A stretch of 64,000 nt of DNA from Candidatus Multivorans sp. (lineage in GTDB: Bacteria; Acidobacteriota; Thermoanaerobaculia; Multivoradales; Multivoraceae): positions 4,416,001 through 4,480,000 of the forward strand of contig OZ245033.1 of assembly GCA_965224025.1 (NCBI GenBank), in the 5' to 3' direction. The notes beneath the pieces were generated by a model, which searched no databases, had not been told where the DNA came from, and worked only from the letters and a program-made list of their open reading frames with translations. Of the stretch, positions 32,626 through 42,176 are shown in pieces. The position numbers were made by a program, and so were the translations under genes. Every line of letters begins with the position of its first letter. Position 1 is the stretch's first letter.

Positions 32626-33531
32626 ATGTCTGCAAACGACCCCAAGGGCGTTGTCCACCAGACCGCGAAGCCGGCGCAGCGCTACCTGGTGCCAGAGGGC
32701 ACGAAGCGCTTCGATCCGCGGCAGTGGAACACGGCGCCGCCGCCCGACGCCCCGCGCCACAACGACCTACGCAAGTTGCGGCGGCGGGCGGTGCGCGACA
32801 TCAGCCGTCAACAGAGACTGCTCTACGCCGAGAACCGCCACGCCCTGCTGCTCATCTTCCAGGCCATGGACGCGGCCGGCAAGGACAGCACGATCAACGC
32901 CCTGCTCACGGGCGTCAATCCGGCGGGCTGCCAGGTGTTCAACTTCAAGCAGCCTTCAAGCGAGGAGCTCGATCACGACTTCCTGTGGCGCACCGCCCGC
33001 AGCCTGCCCGAGCGCGGCCGCATCGGCGTCTTCAACCGCAGCTACTACGAGGAGGTCCTCGTCGTCCGGGTCCATCCCGAATTGCTGGAGAAGCAGAACC
33101 TGCCCCACGTGGACTCGGGCGGCGTGTGGCAGCAACGCATGGAGTCGATCGTCGAGCACGAGCGGCACCTGGCGCGCAACGGCACCGTGATTCTCAAGTT
33201 CTTCCTCAACATCTCCCGCGACGAGCAGAAGGCGCGCTTCCTGCGCCGGCTCGACCGTCCCGACAAGCACTGGAAATTCGCGATCAGCGACGTGCGCGAA
33301 CGCGGTTTCTGGAACGAGTACATGAGCGCGTACGGCGAAGCGATCCGGTCCACCACGAGAAGCCACGCGCCGTGGTACGCGATCCCCGCCGACAGCAAGC
33401 CGTACATGCGCTGGGCAGTGGCGGACATCGTGCGCGACACGCTCGCCCGCCTCGACCTGCACAACCCCGAGCCGTCGCTCGCCGACCTGGCCATGTTCGA
33501 CGACATGCGGCGGCGACTCGAGAACGACTAA
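32626..33531 (+). CDS. Polyphosphate kinase 2 family protein (class III-like)
   Basis: FQAMDAAGKDSTI, GVNP.G, FKQPS.EELDHDFLWR, FNRSYYEEVL, K.WKF...D..ER, APWY.IPAD.K. Confidence 0.93.
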   Translation: MSANDPKGVVHQTAKPAQRYLVPEGTKRFDPRQWNTAPPPDAPRHNDLRKLRRRAVRDISRQQRLLYAENRHALLLIFQAMDAAGKDSTINALLTGVNPAGCQVFNFKQPSSEELDHDFLWRTARSLPERGRIGVFNRSYYEEVLVVRVHPELLEKQNLPHVDSGGVWQQRMESIVEHERHLARNGTVILKFFLNISRDEQKARFLRRLDRPDKHWKFAISDVRERGFWNEYMSAYGEAIRSTTRSHAPWYAIPADSKPYMRWAVADIVRDTLARLDLHNPEPSLADLAMFDDMRRRLEND

Positions 33532-33635
33532 ACGACCGTCCGCTCGGGTATCATTCGCCGCCTACACGATCTTGACTCCCGGGGCCCCCGACGCTCCGAA
33601 CGACACGGGTCCCGACGAGGACCGGAAAGGCCACC

Positions 33636-34040
33636 ATGAACCCCGCAAACGGGAAACTCCGCAACTACCTCCTGCTGGCGCTCGCCGCCGCCCTACTCGC
33701 CCTCGGCTGCAGCGCCTACGGCGCGCCCGCCCTGCCCGCCGCCGTCGGTTCCTGGAACATGTCGATCGAGACGCCGCTCGGCACCCAGACTCCGACCATC
33801 AACGTGACCGGCGACGCCAGCGGTCTGATGGTGGCGATGGCCTCCCCCGACGGCTCAGTGGACGCCACCGACGTCACCTTTGGCGAAGACGGCGCCCTGG
33901 GTTTCACGGTAGTTGTCCCCGCCGGAGGGCAGGACCTCACGCTGGTCTTCAGCGGCATGGTCGAAGGCGACTCGCTGAACGGCACCTTCGCCACCGACTT
34001 CGGCGACATGACCGCCACCGCGACGCGCGCCGTCGAGTAG
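33636..34040 (+). CDS. Hypothetical lipoprotein (small beta-rich domain)
   Basis: Lipobox LALGC; GSWNMSIETPLG...FSG.VEGD.L.GTF pattern. Confidence 0.7.
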   Translation: MNPANGKLRNYLLLALAAALLALGCSAYGAPALPAAVGSWNMSIETPLGTQTPTINVTGDASGLMVAMASPDGSVDATDVTFGEDGALGFTVVVPAGGQDLTLVFSGMVEGDSLNGTFATDFGDMTATATRAVE

Positions 34041-34156
34041 CCGAAGACCGCCTCGCACGCCGGCTGATTCAGTCGGCCCAGCCGGTCCGGGCCGGGATCT
34101 GACGCGATCCCGGCCCGCGCTGTGCTGGGCGCCCAGCGCCGCCTGAACGGGTCCGC

Positions 34157-34186
34157 TTGACAAATAGGACCGATTCAATCCACTAT
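34157..34186 (+). promoter_or_regulatory. Putative sigma70 promoter, possibly with an overlapping operator
   Basis: TTGACA at 34157 and CACTAT 18 nt later, in an AT-rich patch just before ATG 34195. Confidence 0.4.
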
Positions 34187-34194
34187 CCCCGGAG

Positions 34195-35559
34195 ATGAAA
34201 CGGCAACGCTTGCTCGTCGCGGCTCTGACGATGGCGCTCGGAACCGGGGCGGCAATAGCCCAGGAATCGACCGAAGACCGCCTCGACGTACTGGAACAGC
34301 AGGTCGCCGAACTGCGCCGGGCCATCGCGGAACTGGCCGCAGAGCCAGGGGACGAGCGCGTCGCCGAACTGGAAAGACGGATCGAGGTCCTGGCCGAAGA
34401 GATCGAGGAACTGACGCTCGGCGAGGCGGCGACGGGGAACGCCGAGGACGCGGAAAGCCTCTACGGCCTGGGCATCGCGGCCTCCAAGGTCTACCGCGTG
34501 GACGAAGGACTGTCGATCGGCGGCTACGGAGAGATGGTCTTCGAGAGCTACGCGAGCGAACGCGAGAGCGGCGAGCCGACCGGCTTCGGCGACGTGTTCG
34601 ACTTCCTGCGCGGGGTCTTCTACGTCGGCTACAAGTTCGACGACCGGTGGGTCTTCAACTCGGAGATCGAGTTCGAGCACGCCTCTACAGCCAAGTCCGG
34701 CAGCGCCTCCGTCGAGTTCGCGTACGTCGACTACCTTTGGAAGCCGCAGTTGAACTTCCGCACGGGGATCCTGCTGCTCCCGATGGGCTGGCTCAACGAA
34801 CTGCACGAGCCGACCTTGTTCCCGAGCGCGGAGCGTCCCTACGTAGAGCAGGTCCTGATCCCGAGTACCTGGCGCGAGAACGGCGCCGGCATCTTCGGCG
34901 ACGTGGGCCCCTTTGCCTACCGGAGCTACGTCGTCAACGGCCTGAAGGGCGCCAGCTTCACTTCGAATGGCCTGCGCGGCGGACGGCAGAAGGGCGCGAA
35001 GGCCCAGGCCGAGGACTTCGCCTGGACCGGACGGCTCGACTACACGGCGACCCCCGGCCTGATCCTCGGCGTTTCGGCCTACGTCGGGAACTCGGGCCAG
35101 GGACTGCTCGATCCCATGGGCCGCACGATCGACGCCCGCACCGAGATCCTCGACTTCCACTTCGACTGGAGCCACCGCGGTGTCCGGCTGCGCGGGCTGT
35201 GGGCGAAGGCCGAGGTCGGAGACGCTGCCCGTTTGAATGCCGCACTTGGCATTGCCGGCCGCGATTCGATCGGCGAACGGCTCGAAGGCCACTATCTCGA
35301 ACTGGCCTACGACGTTCTTGCGCACCGCGGCGGGCGCGCCTCCCTGTCGCCCTTCGTTCGGGTCGAGTCCATCGACACACAGGTCCGCGTTCCGGCCGGG
35401 TTCGAGAGGGACCCGATCTTCGACCGGGAGATCCTGACCTGGGGCGCCGCCTGGCAGCCCATCGACCGGCTCGTCTTCAAGGTCGGTTACCAAGACTGGA
35501 CCAACTCCGGCGGCACCGGGTTCGACGAGTGGAACCTGGCCATGGGCTACCTCTTCTAG
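34195..35559 (+). CDS. Outer-membrane beta-barrel (porin-like) protein with N-terminal coiled coil
   Basis: Signal peptide, SIGGYGE, FNSEIEFEH, VEFAY.DY, NELHEP.LF...RP, IPSTWRE.G, terminal GYLF. Confidence 0.8.
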   Translation: MKRQRLLVAALTMALGTGAAIAQESTEDRLDVLEQQVAELRRAIAELAAEPGDERVAELERRIEVLAEEIEELTLGEAATGNAEDAESLYGLGIAASKVYRVDEGLSIGGYGEMVFESYASERESGEPTGFGDVFDFLRGVFYVGYKFDDRWVFNSEIEFEHASTAKSGSASVEFAYVDYLWKPQLNFRTGILLLPMGWLNELHEPTLFPSAERPYVEQVLIPSTWRENGAGIFGDVGPFAYRSYVVNGLKGASFTSNGLRGGRQKGAKAQAEDFAWTGRLDYTATPGLILGVSAYVGNSGQGLLDPMGRTIDARTEILDFHFDWSHRGVRLRGLWAKAEVGDAARLNAALGIAGRDSIGERLEGHYLELAYDVLAHRGGRASLSPFVRVESIDTQVRVPAGFERDPIFDREILTWGAAWQPIDRLVFKVGYQDWTNSGGTGFDEWNLAMGYLF

Positions 35560-35567
35560 CCAACGCC

Positions 35568-36221
35568 GTGTCCCGGGGAAGGAAACCCGGGCGGCGCGAT
35601 CCGCGCCGCCCGCGAACCGCTCCGGGGACCCGTCATCGGGTCCTCGGACGGCACATCGCCGCGCGGACGGCGGCGCTGACGGTTCTGCTCGCGCTGACTT
35701 CGGGCGCGCCGCAACCGGCAGGCGCCAAGGCCTTCCTGACCCGAAGCGAAGCCCTCGAACTCGCGTTCCCGGACTGCCGCATCATCCGGCAGACCCGCTA
35801 CCTCAAACCAGACCAGCGTCGGCGCGCGGCGGAACTGGCCGGCGCCGAAGTCGAGTCGCGACTGATCGTTCAGTACGCCGCGCTCTGCAACGGCGAGCCT
35901 GCCGGCGCCGCCTACTTCGACGTCCACCGCGTCCGCACCCTCGCCGAGACCCTCATGGTCGTCGTCGACGCCGAGGGCCACATCAAGACGCTCGAAATCA
36001 TGTCGTTCCTCGAGCCCGAGGAGTACATCCCCCGCCGCACCTGGTACGACCAGTTCCTCAGGCATCGGCTCGACGCGAGACTCCGGCTCAAACGGTCAAT
36101 CCACGCGGTTACCGGCGCCACGCTGACAGCGCGCGCCACGACGGATGCGGTCCGCAGGATCCTGGCGCTTGACCAGGTGCTCCGGGAAGCCCCGTCCCAA
36201 CCCGAAGGGCTGGTGCCGTGA
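35568..36221 (+). CDS. FMN-binding domain protein (flavinylation target); start approximate
   Basis: Hydrophobic leader, HRVRTLAETLMVVV, FLEPEEY.P...W..QF, and AVTGATLT matching the [S/T]GA[S/T] motif. Confidence 0.78.
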   Translation: MSRGRKPGRRDPRRPRTAPGTRHRVLGRHIAARTAALTVLLALTSGAPQPAGAKAFLTRSEALELAFPDCRIIRQTRYLKPDQRRRAAELAGAEVESRLIVQYAALCNGEPAGAAYFDVHRVRTLAETLMVVVDAEGHIKTLEIMSFLEPEEYIPRRTWYDQFLRHRLDARLRLKRSIHAVTGATLTARATTDAVRRILALDQVLREAPSQPEGLVP

Positions 36222-36691
36222 ACCGCCTCGCCGCCTGGACCGTTCACGCCTCGACCTTGCTGGTCGGCGGTACTGGGCTCGTGTACGCCTGGATGCGCTA
36301 CTTCACGGCGCCGGCCGACGAGTTCGCGATCGTCGGGCACCCCTGGCAGCCGCACGTCCAGCACCTGCACCTCTGGACGGCGCCCCTGCTCGTCTTTGGC
36401 ATCGGCCTGATCTGGCGCGACCACGTCTGGCGGCACTACCGGCATCGTGTCCGCGACCGCCGCCGCAGCGGCCTGTCGCTGCTGCTGGGGTGTGCCCCGA
36501 TGATCGTGTCCGGCTACCTGATCCAGACCGCCGTCGGCGAGCTCTGGCGGCAGACCTGGATCGCGATGCACCTGATCGCGTCAGCGCTGTTCCTTGTCGG
36601 CTACGGCGCCCACATGGTCAAACCGCTTCGCGCCAGTGTCCGCGGGTCTTCTGACCCGCGGAAAGGAACGCGCCGCGAAGCGGCGACCTAA
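36218..36691 (+). CDS. His-rich 4-helix membrane protein (possible cytochrome b-like)
   Basis: GTGLVYAWMRY, HPWQP....LH...AP.L.F..G.....H, SGYLIQ, HL. GTGA overlap with the upstream gene. Confidence 0.7.
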   Translation: MNRLAAWTVHASTLLVGGTGLVYAWMRYFTAPADEFAIVGHPWQPHVQHLHLWTAPLLVFGIGLIWRDHVWRHYRHRVRDRRRSGLSLLLGCAPMIVSGYLIQTAVGELWRQTWIAMHLIASALFLVGYGAHMVKPLRASVRGSSDPRKGTRREAAT

Positions 36692-37242
36692 CCGGCCGGT
36701 CCGGTATCGCTTACGCGGCCGTCCTCGACGGCCGCGTGCTCACCCTGCTCGCCGTGGCCGCCGCCCGGCGGCCCGGGGTGCGGCGTGTTCGTCGTGATCA
36801 GGATGACCGAGATCAACATGCCGGCGATGCCGACCCAGAGCAGCGGACTCACCTCGAGCTGGCCCCGGCCGCGGTACAGCGTGTAGAGCGCGGTCACGGT
36901 GACCGCGCCGCCGAACACGACCGGCATCACCGCGTAGGGAATCCTCGCCCCGCCGCTGAACATGGCGAGCGTCAGCGAGAGCGCGCCGAGAGCACCCAGG
37001 GTACCCGCGTAGAGGCCCCAGACGCCGGACGGTCCGGTGAGTTCGAAGCTGTCGCCCATGACTCTCATGCCGATCAGACCGCCGACAATCGCGATCACCA
37101 GGTAGGCGATGCCGATGCCGACGTAGGGCTTGAAGGGAGACATCGTCTCGTCCACCAGGCGCGCCCGGCCCAGGACCGGGCCATAGAGCCCCCAGCACAG
37201 CGCGGTACCGAGGGCGAACAGGAAGGGGAGGAAGTTCTTCAT
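36688..37242 (-). CDS. Small multi-pass membrane protein (DMT/EamA-like)
   Basis: CWGLYGP, KPYVGIG.AY, GTLGALGAL, VMPVVFGGA; about 5 TM segments; GGAG ribosome-binding site. Confidence 0.7.
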   Translation of the reverse strand: MKNFLPFLFALGTALCWGLYGPVLGRARLVDETMSPFKPYVGIGIAYLVIAIVGGLIGMRVMGDSFELTGPSGVWGLYAGTLGALGALSLTLAMFSGGARIPYAVMPVVFGGAVTVTALYTLYRGRGQLEVSPLLWVGIAGMLISVILITTNTPHPGPPGGGHGEQGEHAAVEDGRVSDTGPAG

Positions 37243-37342
37243 CGATGTCTCCAGGCGCGCTGTCAGGCTGAGAACGCCATTGCAGGCGCCAGCGCGAACG
37301 CCGCTTGAAAGGTCGTCTGATCTCAGATTCCGTCGCCGGAGG

Positions 37343-38857
37343 TTATCCCCTGAGCAGGGACACGGCAGCCGTCCGGCCCGGCAGACCGGTCACGCCGCCG
37401 CCTGGATGGCAACCGGCGCCGCCGAGCCACAACCCCTCGACCGGCAGGGCGTCGCCGGCCCACGCGCCCGCCGTGGGCCGCAGCCACAGGCTCTGGCCGG
37501 GGTTCATCTCGCCGTGGTGAAGCCCGCCCTCCGTGGCGCTGTACTCCGACTCGTAGTCCGCCGGAAGCAGCAAAGCGTGTTCCCGGATCAGGGCGCCGAC
37601 GCCCGGCGCCCAACGCTCAAGCTCGACCAGCATCCGGTCGACGAGTTCCGGACCGGCCGAAGCCCAGCCACCCTCGACTTCGAACGGGAGGTGGTGCGCC
37701 GTCGCCAACAGCAGGTGCCGCCCGGCGGGCGCCAGCGACGGGTCGAGCGTCGTCGGCAGCGCCGCTTCGATCCAGGGACGCTCCGGCAAGCGGCCGTACT
37801 TCGCCGCGTCGGCGGCGCGCTCGATTTCGTCCGGATCCCGCGCAAGCACGATCCGCCCGGTGAGAGCCGGCCGTTCCAGACCCTGAAACGGGGGCAGATC
37901 GTCGAGAGACAGCGCCAGCCGCGCCGCGGCGCCGCGATACTTCACCTTGAGCAGCCGGCGGACGAAGCGGGGTTCGAGTTGCGGCGCGCCGACCAGGTCG
38001 AGGAAGGTGGCGGTGGGGGTCGCGGTCGAGATCACGGCCCCGGCTTCGATCCGCTCACCGTCGGCCAATTGCACACCCGCGACTCGTCCCTTCTCCACCA
38101 GGATGCGGGAAACGACGGCGCCCGTCCGGAGCGCGGCGCCTGAGGCTGCGGCCGAAGCCGAGAGCGCCCCTGCCAGCCCCGCCGCGCCGCCCCGGGCCCG
38201 CACCACGGGCGCCAGGCGGTCGGACCCACCCAGAGCGCAGTGGTAGAGCAGCGGCCAGCCGGTACCGTTCGCGCGCGGTCCCATGCCGGTCGCCGGGAGC
38301 GCCAGACCGCACAGTCCCGCGGCCAGCGCCCGGTTCTCGAACCACTCGCGCAACAGCTCGTCGAGCGGCGCGGACACGAAGCGCAGCAGTTCCGGAGCGA
38401 TCAGCAGGCGTCCCATGTCGGCAAGTTCCGGCGGCCTGCACAGCAGCGGTTCGAGCGCCGCCGCCCGCTCCGCGAGTTCCCCGACGAACCGCGGCCAGGC
38501 GGCAGCGTCGCGGGAACTGGCCGCGGCGAGTCCCTCCGCGGTTCGGTCGACTTCAGGCCAGAGCACGACGGCGCGGGAGTCCCCGACCGCCGCGACCGCG
38601 GCCACCGCCGGCGCCTCGATCAGTTCCAGGCCGAAGCGTTGCAGTTCGAGTTCGTCGATCAGGGAGCGGCGGAACATCCCCAGGTCGTTAGTGCCTACGT
38701 CGACGCGGTGGCCGGGGATCAGCTCCCGGGTCGAGGCCAGCCCGCCGAGTTCGCTCTGCGCCTCGAGCAGCACGACTTCCCGCCCGGAGCGTGCGAGCAG
38801 AGCCGCGGCTACGAGACCATTGTGGCCCCCGCCGACGATCGCGACGCGGTCGCTCAC
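37343..38857 (-). CDS. Phytoene dehydrogenase-like NAD(P)/FAD oxidoreductase
   Basis: GTG start overlapping the upstream TGA. IVGGGHNGLVAA, P.TLDPSLAP.G, GG.HHGE, LGGAGCHPGGGVTGLPG. Confidence 0.85.
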   Translation of the reverse strand: MSDRVAIVGGGHNGLVAAALLARSGREVVLLEAQSELGGLASTRELIPGHRVDVGTNDLGMFRRSLIDELELQRFGLELIEAPAVAAVAAVGDSRAVVLWPEVDRTAEGLAAASSRDAAAWPRFVGELAERAAALEPLLCRPPELADMGRLLIAPELLRFVSAPLDELLREWFENRALAAGLCGLALPATGMGPRANGTGWPLLYHCALGGSDRLAPVVRARGGAAGLAGALSASAAASGAALRTGAVVSRILVEKGRVAGVQLADGERIEAGAVISTATPTATFLDLVGAPQLEPRFVRRLLKVKYRGAAARLALSLDDLPPFQGLERPALTGRIVLARDPDEIERAADAAKYGRLPERPWIEAALPTTLDPSLAPAGRHLLLATAHHLPFEVEGGWASAGPELVDRMLVELERWAPGVGALIREHALLLPADYESEYSATEGGLHHGEMNPGQSLWLRPTAGAWAGDALPVEGLWLGGAGCHPGGGVTGLPGRTAAVSLLRG

Positions 38858-40575
38858 GGCGCCGCCGCTCCGTTCCCGCCGCGCCGCAGGTCGTCGAGGA
38901 TCCTGAGCGCCGCCAGCCGTCCCGGGCCCCCGGAGATGCCGCCGCCGAACTGCGTCGACGAGCCGCACAGGTAGTAGCCCGGCAACGGCGTCCGGAACGA
39001 CGCGGCAGCCGGATCGGGACGCAGCAGGAAGAGCTGCGACAGCCGCAACTCGCCGTGGAAGATATTGCCGCCGGGAATGCCCGCGATCGACTCGATGTCC
39101 GGCGGCACCCGCACCTGCCGGTGCAGCACCTGGTCCTCGATGCCCGGGGCGTACTCGGCCAGGGTCCGCACCACGGCATCGCCGAACGCGTCCCGCTGCT
39201 CGTCCCAGGTGGTTCCCGCCAGCTCGTAGGGCGCGTACTGCACGAAGCAGGACACCACGCACTTCCCCGGCGGCGCCATGTCCGGGTCGAGGACCGAGGG
39301 GATGATCATGTCGATGAACGGACGCTCCGAGAAGCCCCCGTACTTCGCGTCGTCGTAGGCGCGATCGATGTAGTCGAGACCGGGAGCGATCGTGATCCCG
39401 CCCGCGAGATGGGGGCCCGGCTCCGGCATGCACTCGAAACGAGGCAGCCCGTCGAGCGCCAGGTTGACCTTGCCGGCGCAGCCGCTGCTCTGCCACCGGG
39501 CGGCGCGGGCGAGAAGCCCCTCCCCCACTCCGCCGGGAACGTCGTCGGCTTCGAGCAACCTAGCCAGACTGACCTGGGGCGGCGCGGACGAGACGACGAC
39601 ATCGGCGGTCAGTTCGTCGCCGTTCGCAAGCACGACGCCACAGGCGCGGCCGTCCCGGGACAGCACACGGGCCACCGGGCAGTCCGTTCGGATCTCGGCG
39701 CCGTAGCCGCGCGCGGCCGACGCGATCGCGGCCGCGACGCCGCCGGTGCCGCCCTTCTGGAAACCCCACTCCCGGTACACGCCGTCGATCTCGCCCATGT
39801 AGTGGTGCAGCAGCACGTAGGCCGAGCCCGGCGTACGCGGCGACAGGAAGGACCCGATGATGCTCGAGGAGGAGAGCGCGGCCTTGAGCACGTCGCACTC
39901 GAACCACTGGTCCAGGAAGTCCGCCGAGCTCATCGTCAGCATCTGCAGGAAGGTGCGCATCCGGGCGGTCGGCAGGTCGAGGAAGTAGCGGGCTATGTCG
40001 GCCACTTCCTCGGACACCTCCGAGGCGATCTGCTCCGGCTCCTCGTCGACGTGGCCCGCGACCGCCGCCGCGAGTTCGTCGGGCGCGGCCCGCTGCAGCT
40101 TGAACATCAGGTGGCCCAGGCGCCGCATTTCGAGCTTGTACTCCGACAGGGCCTCGGCGTCGCGCCGCGAGTGGCGCGCGATGTTGTGGTACGTCCGCTG
40201 CGGGTCCGCCTCGCGCAGCAGGCAGTCGCCCCCCGGCAGCGGGTTGAGCGTGCTCGCCGTCGGCACCAGGAAGAGCCCGTGCCGGACCAGATCGAGTTCG
40301 TGGATGACCTCCGGCCGCAGCAGCGACACGAGGTACGAGAACACGCTGTACCGGAAGCCCGGAAACGCCTCCTCGCTCAGCGTGGCGCCGCCGATAACCT
40401 GCGCCCGCTCCAGCACCACGACATCCAGGCCGGCCCGGGCCAGGTAGGCCGCGGACACCAGACCGTTGTGACCGGCGCCGACGACGATCGCGTCGAAGCG
40501 GCCGCCGCGCCGGGCCGGATCGGATGCGGGCGAGACGCCCGCGTTCCCAGGTCCGGAACCGTGGCCGGCGCTCAC
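38854..40575 (-). CDS. Phytoene dehydrogenase-like NAD(P)/FAD oxidoreductase
   Basis: DAIVVGAGHNGLV.AAYLA, PGSAYVLLHH.MGE, PSVLDP.MAPPGK, GGNIFHGEL, YLCGS. GTG start at 40575. Confidence 0.88.
   Translation of the reverse strand: MSAGHGSGPGNAGVSPASDPARRGGRFDAIVVGAGHNGLVSAAYLARAGLDVVVLERAQVIGGATLSEEAFPGFRYSVFSYLVSLLRPEVIHELDLVRHGLFLVPTASTLNPLPGGDCLLREADPQRTYHNIARHSRRDAEALSEYKLEMRRLGHLMFKLQRAAPDELAAAVAGHVDEEPEQIASEVSEEVADIARYFLDLPTARMRTFLQMLTMSSADFLDQWFECDVLKAALSSSSIIGSFLSPRTPGSAYVLLHHYMGEIDGVYREWGFQKGGTGGVAAAIASAARGYGAEIRTDCPVARVLSRDGRACGVVLANGDELTADVVVSSAPPQVSLARLLEADDVPGGVGEGLLARAARWQSSGCAGKVNLALDGLPRFECMPEPGPHLAGGITIAPGLDYIDRAYDDAKYGGFSERPFIDMIIPSVLDPDMAPPGKCVVSCFVQYAPYELAGTTWDEQRDAFGDAVVRTLAEYAPGIEDQVLHRQVRVPPDIESIAGIPGGNIFHGELRLSQLFLLRPDPAAASFRTPLPGYYLCGSSTQFGGGISGGPGRLAALRILDDLRRGGNGAAAP
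40521..40551. repeat. REP-like palindromic element, copy 3 (in the N-terminal coding region)
   Basis: Exact reverse complement of 3692-3722. Confidence 0.8.
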
Positions 40576-42089
40576 GAAGCGTCTCCCAGGGCGGCACCCA
40601 CCGCCGTCTTGCGCGCCGGGTTGAAGAACGGCCGTCTGGCGACCTGGGCACGGGCCCGGCGCCGTCCGTAGCCGACCGCGACCTCGACTTCCAGGGCGGT
40701 CCCGAGCGTCGCCACATCCGCCTGCACCGTCGCCAGGCCGATGTACTTCTTGAGCAGCGGCGAGAAGAACCGCGTCGTGCATTGCCCCACTTGCGAGCCC
40801 CCGGGCGTGAACACGGGCGTCGGTTCCCGCGAAGCCGGGTGACCGACCACCTGCGGCCGCAGATCGATCTCGGACCACAGCCGCTCCAGTTCGAACCAGT
40901 CGACTTCGAGCCCGACCATCGCCCAGGCCGGTCCCCGGTCGCGCTCCCGTTCCAGCGCCCGTCGGCCAACGAAGTCGGCCTGCTTGTCGAGCTTCACCGT
41001 GAAGCCCAGGCCCGCCTCGGCCGGAGTGACCTTGAGCACCTCGATCTCGGCGTGCAACGCCGACACGTAGTCGACGTCGATCAGCACCAGGCCCGCCTCG
41101 ACCCGCGCCATGTCGAGCGCGAGCAGTCCCGCCGGCCGCAGGCCGTGATCCGCCCCGGCGGCGGCGAGTGCATCCCAGAGGACCTCCGCGTGCTCCGCCG
41201 CGATCCAGAACTCGTAACCGAGGTCGCCGGTGTAGCCGGTGCGCGTCACGGTCACCGGAACGCCCCCGTCCTCGCCGGCCACGGCACCGAGCTCGGCGCC
41301 GGCGAGGTCGAAGTAGCGCATCCCGGCGAAGTCGACGCCCTGAACCGCCGCCTCGGCGATCGCCCGCGCCCGCGGTCCCTGGAGCGCGAGCACTCCCAGG
41401 TCGGCAGAGACATCCCGCACTTCGACCTCCATGCCGAGGCCGCAGTCCTCGAACCAGCGCAGGCACGGTTCCGCGGCGCTGACCAGGAACCGCTCGCGCT
41501 CCAGGCGCTGCACGTTGCCGTCCTGCAGCAGATGACCGTCCTCGTTGCACCACGACGTGTACATGACCCGGCCGACACGGCACTTCGTGAAGTCGCGCGT
41601 CATCGCCCGGTCGAGCACGCGTTCCGCGTCCGATCCGACCATCTCGTACTTGAACAGCGGCGACACGTCGATCAGGGCAGCCGTGTTGCGGACCGCCCAG
41701 TAGTCGCGATCCGGCGTCGGCTCGTAGTTCAGGGCGCACGTGTAGCCGGACCAGTCCCGCCAGGCGCCGCTCTCGCACAGGGCCTCCGTTCGACGGTGGA
41801 ACGGCGTCCGGAGCGGCTCCAGCAGCCGCAGGCCGTTGCGGCGGAACGGACGCTCGCCACCGCCGAAGCCGCCGTCAGGCAGCCACCGGTAGCCCTGCGT
41901 GTCCGGGTTGCGGCCAACCAGTCCCTCCGCCTCCAACACACCGAGCAGCCGGTGCGCCGTCGAAGGATGGAGTCCGTGCGCCGCGGCGAGGTCCGTCAGT
42001 CGATGCTCCGGCTGCTCCGCCGTGAACGACCGGTACAGCGACAGCGCCCGCTGAATGGCTTGCGTTCCCTGCGGAGCCCGGCGCGCCAT
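40572..42089 (-). CDS. IclR-type HTH fused to a GcvT-family aminomethyltransferase
   Basis: N-terminal TQAIQRAL...LTDLA...GLHPSTAHRLL..LE.EGLV, then RTPFH.R, AVRN.AALIDVSPLFKY, ALQGP, TRTGYTGDLGYE, ARVEAGL. Confidence 0.88.
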   Translation of the reverse strand: MARRAPQGTQAIQRALSLYRSFTAEQPEHRLTDLAAAHGLHPSTAHRLLGVLEAEGLVGRNPDTQGYRWLPDGGFGGGERPFRRNGLRLLEPLRTPFHRRTEALCESGAWRDWSGYTCALNYEPTPDRDYWAVRNTAALIDVSPLFKYEMVGSDAERVLDRAMTRDFTKCRVGRVMYTSWCNEDGHLLQDGNVQRLERERFLVSAAEPCLRWFEDCGLGMEVEVRDVSADLGVLALQGPRARAIAEAAVQGVDFAGMRYFDLAGAELGAVAGEDGGVPVTVTRTGYTGDLGYEFWIAAEHAEVLWDALAAAGADHGLRPAGLLALDMARVEAGLVLIDVDYVSALHAEIEVLKVTPAEAGLGFTVKLDKQADFVGRRALERERDRGPAWAMVGLEVDWFELERLWSEIDLRPQVVGHPASREPTPVFTPGGSQVGQCTTRFFSPLLKKYIGLATVQADVATLGTALEVEVAVGYGRRRARAQVARRPFFNPARKTAVGAALGDAS

Positions 42090-42176
42090 GGGAAAGATGA
42101 TCTCACATCGTGGGACGGCAAACGGCCACGACATCGAGTGCGAACGCACCTTCGGGCGGTCCGGTCGGCTACCGGT

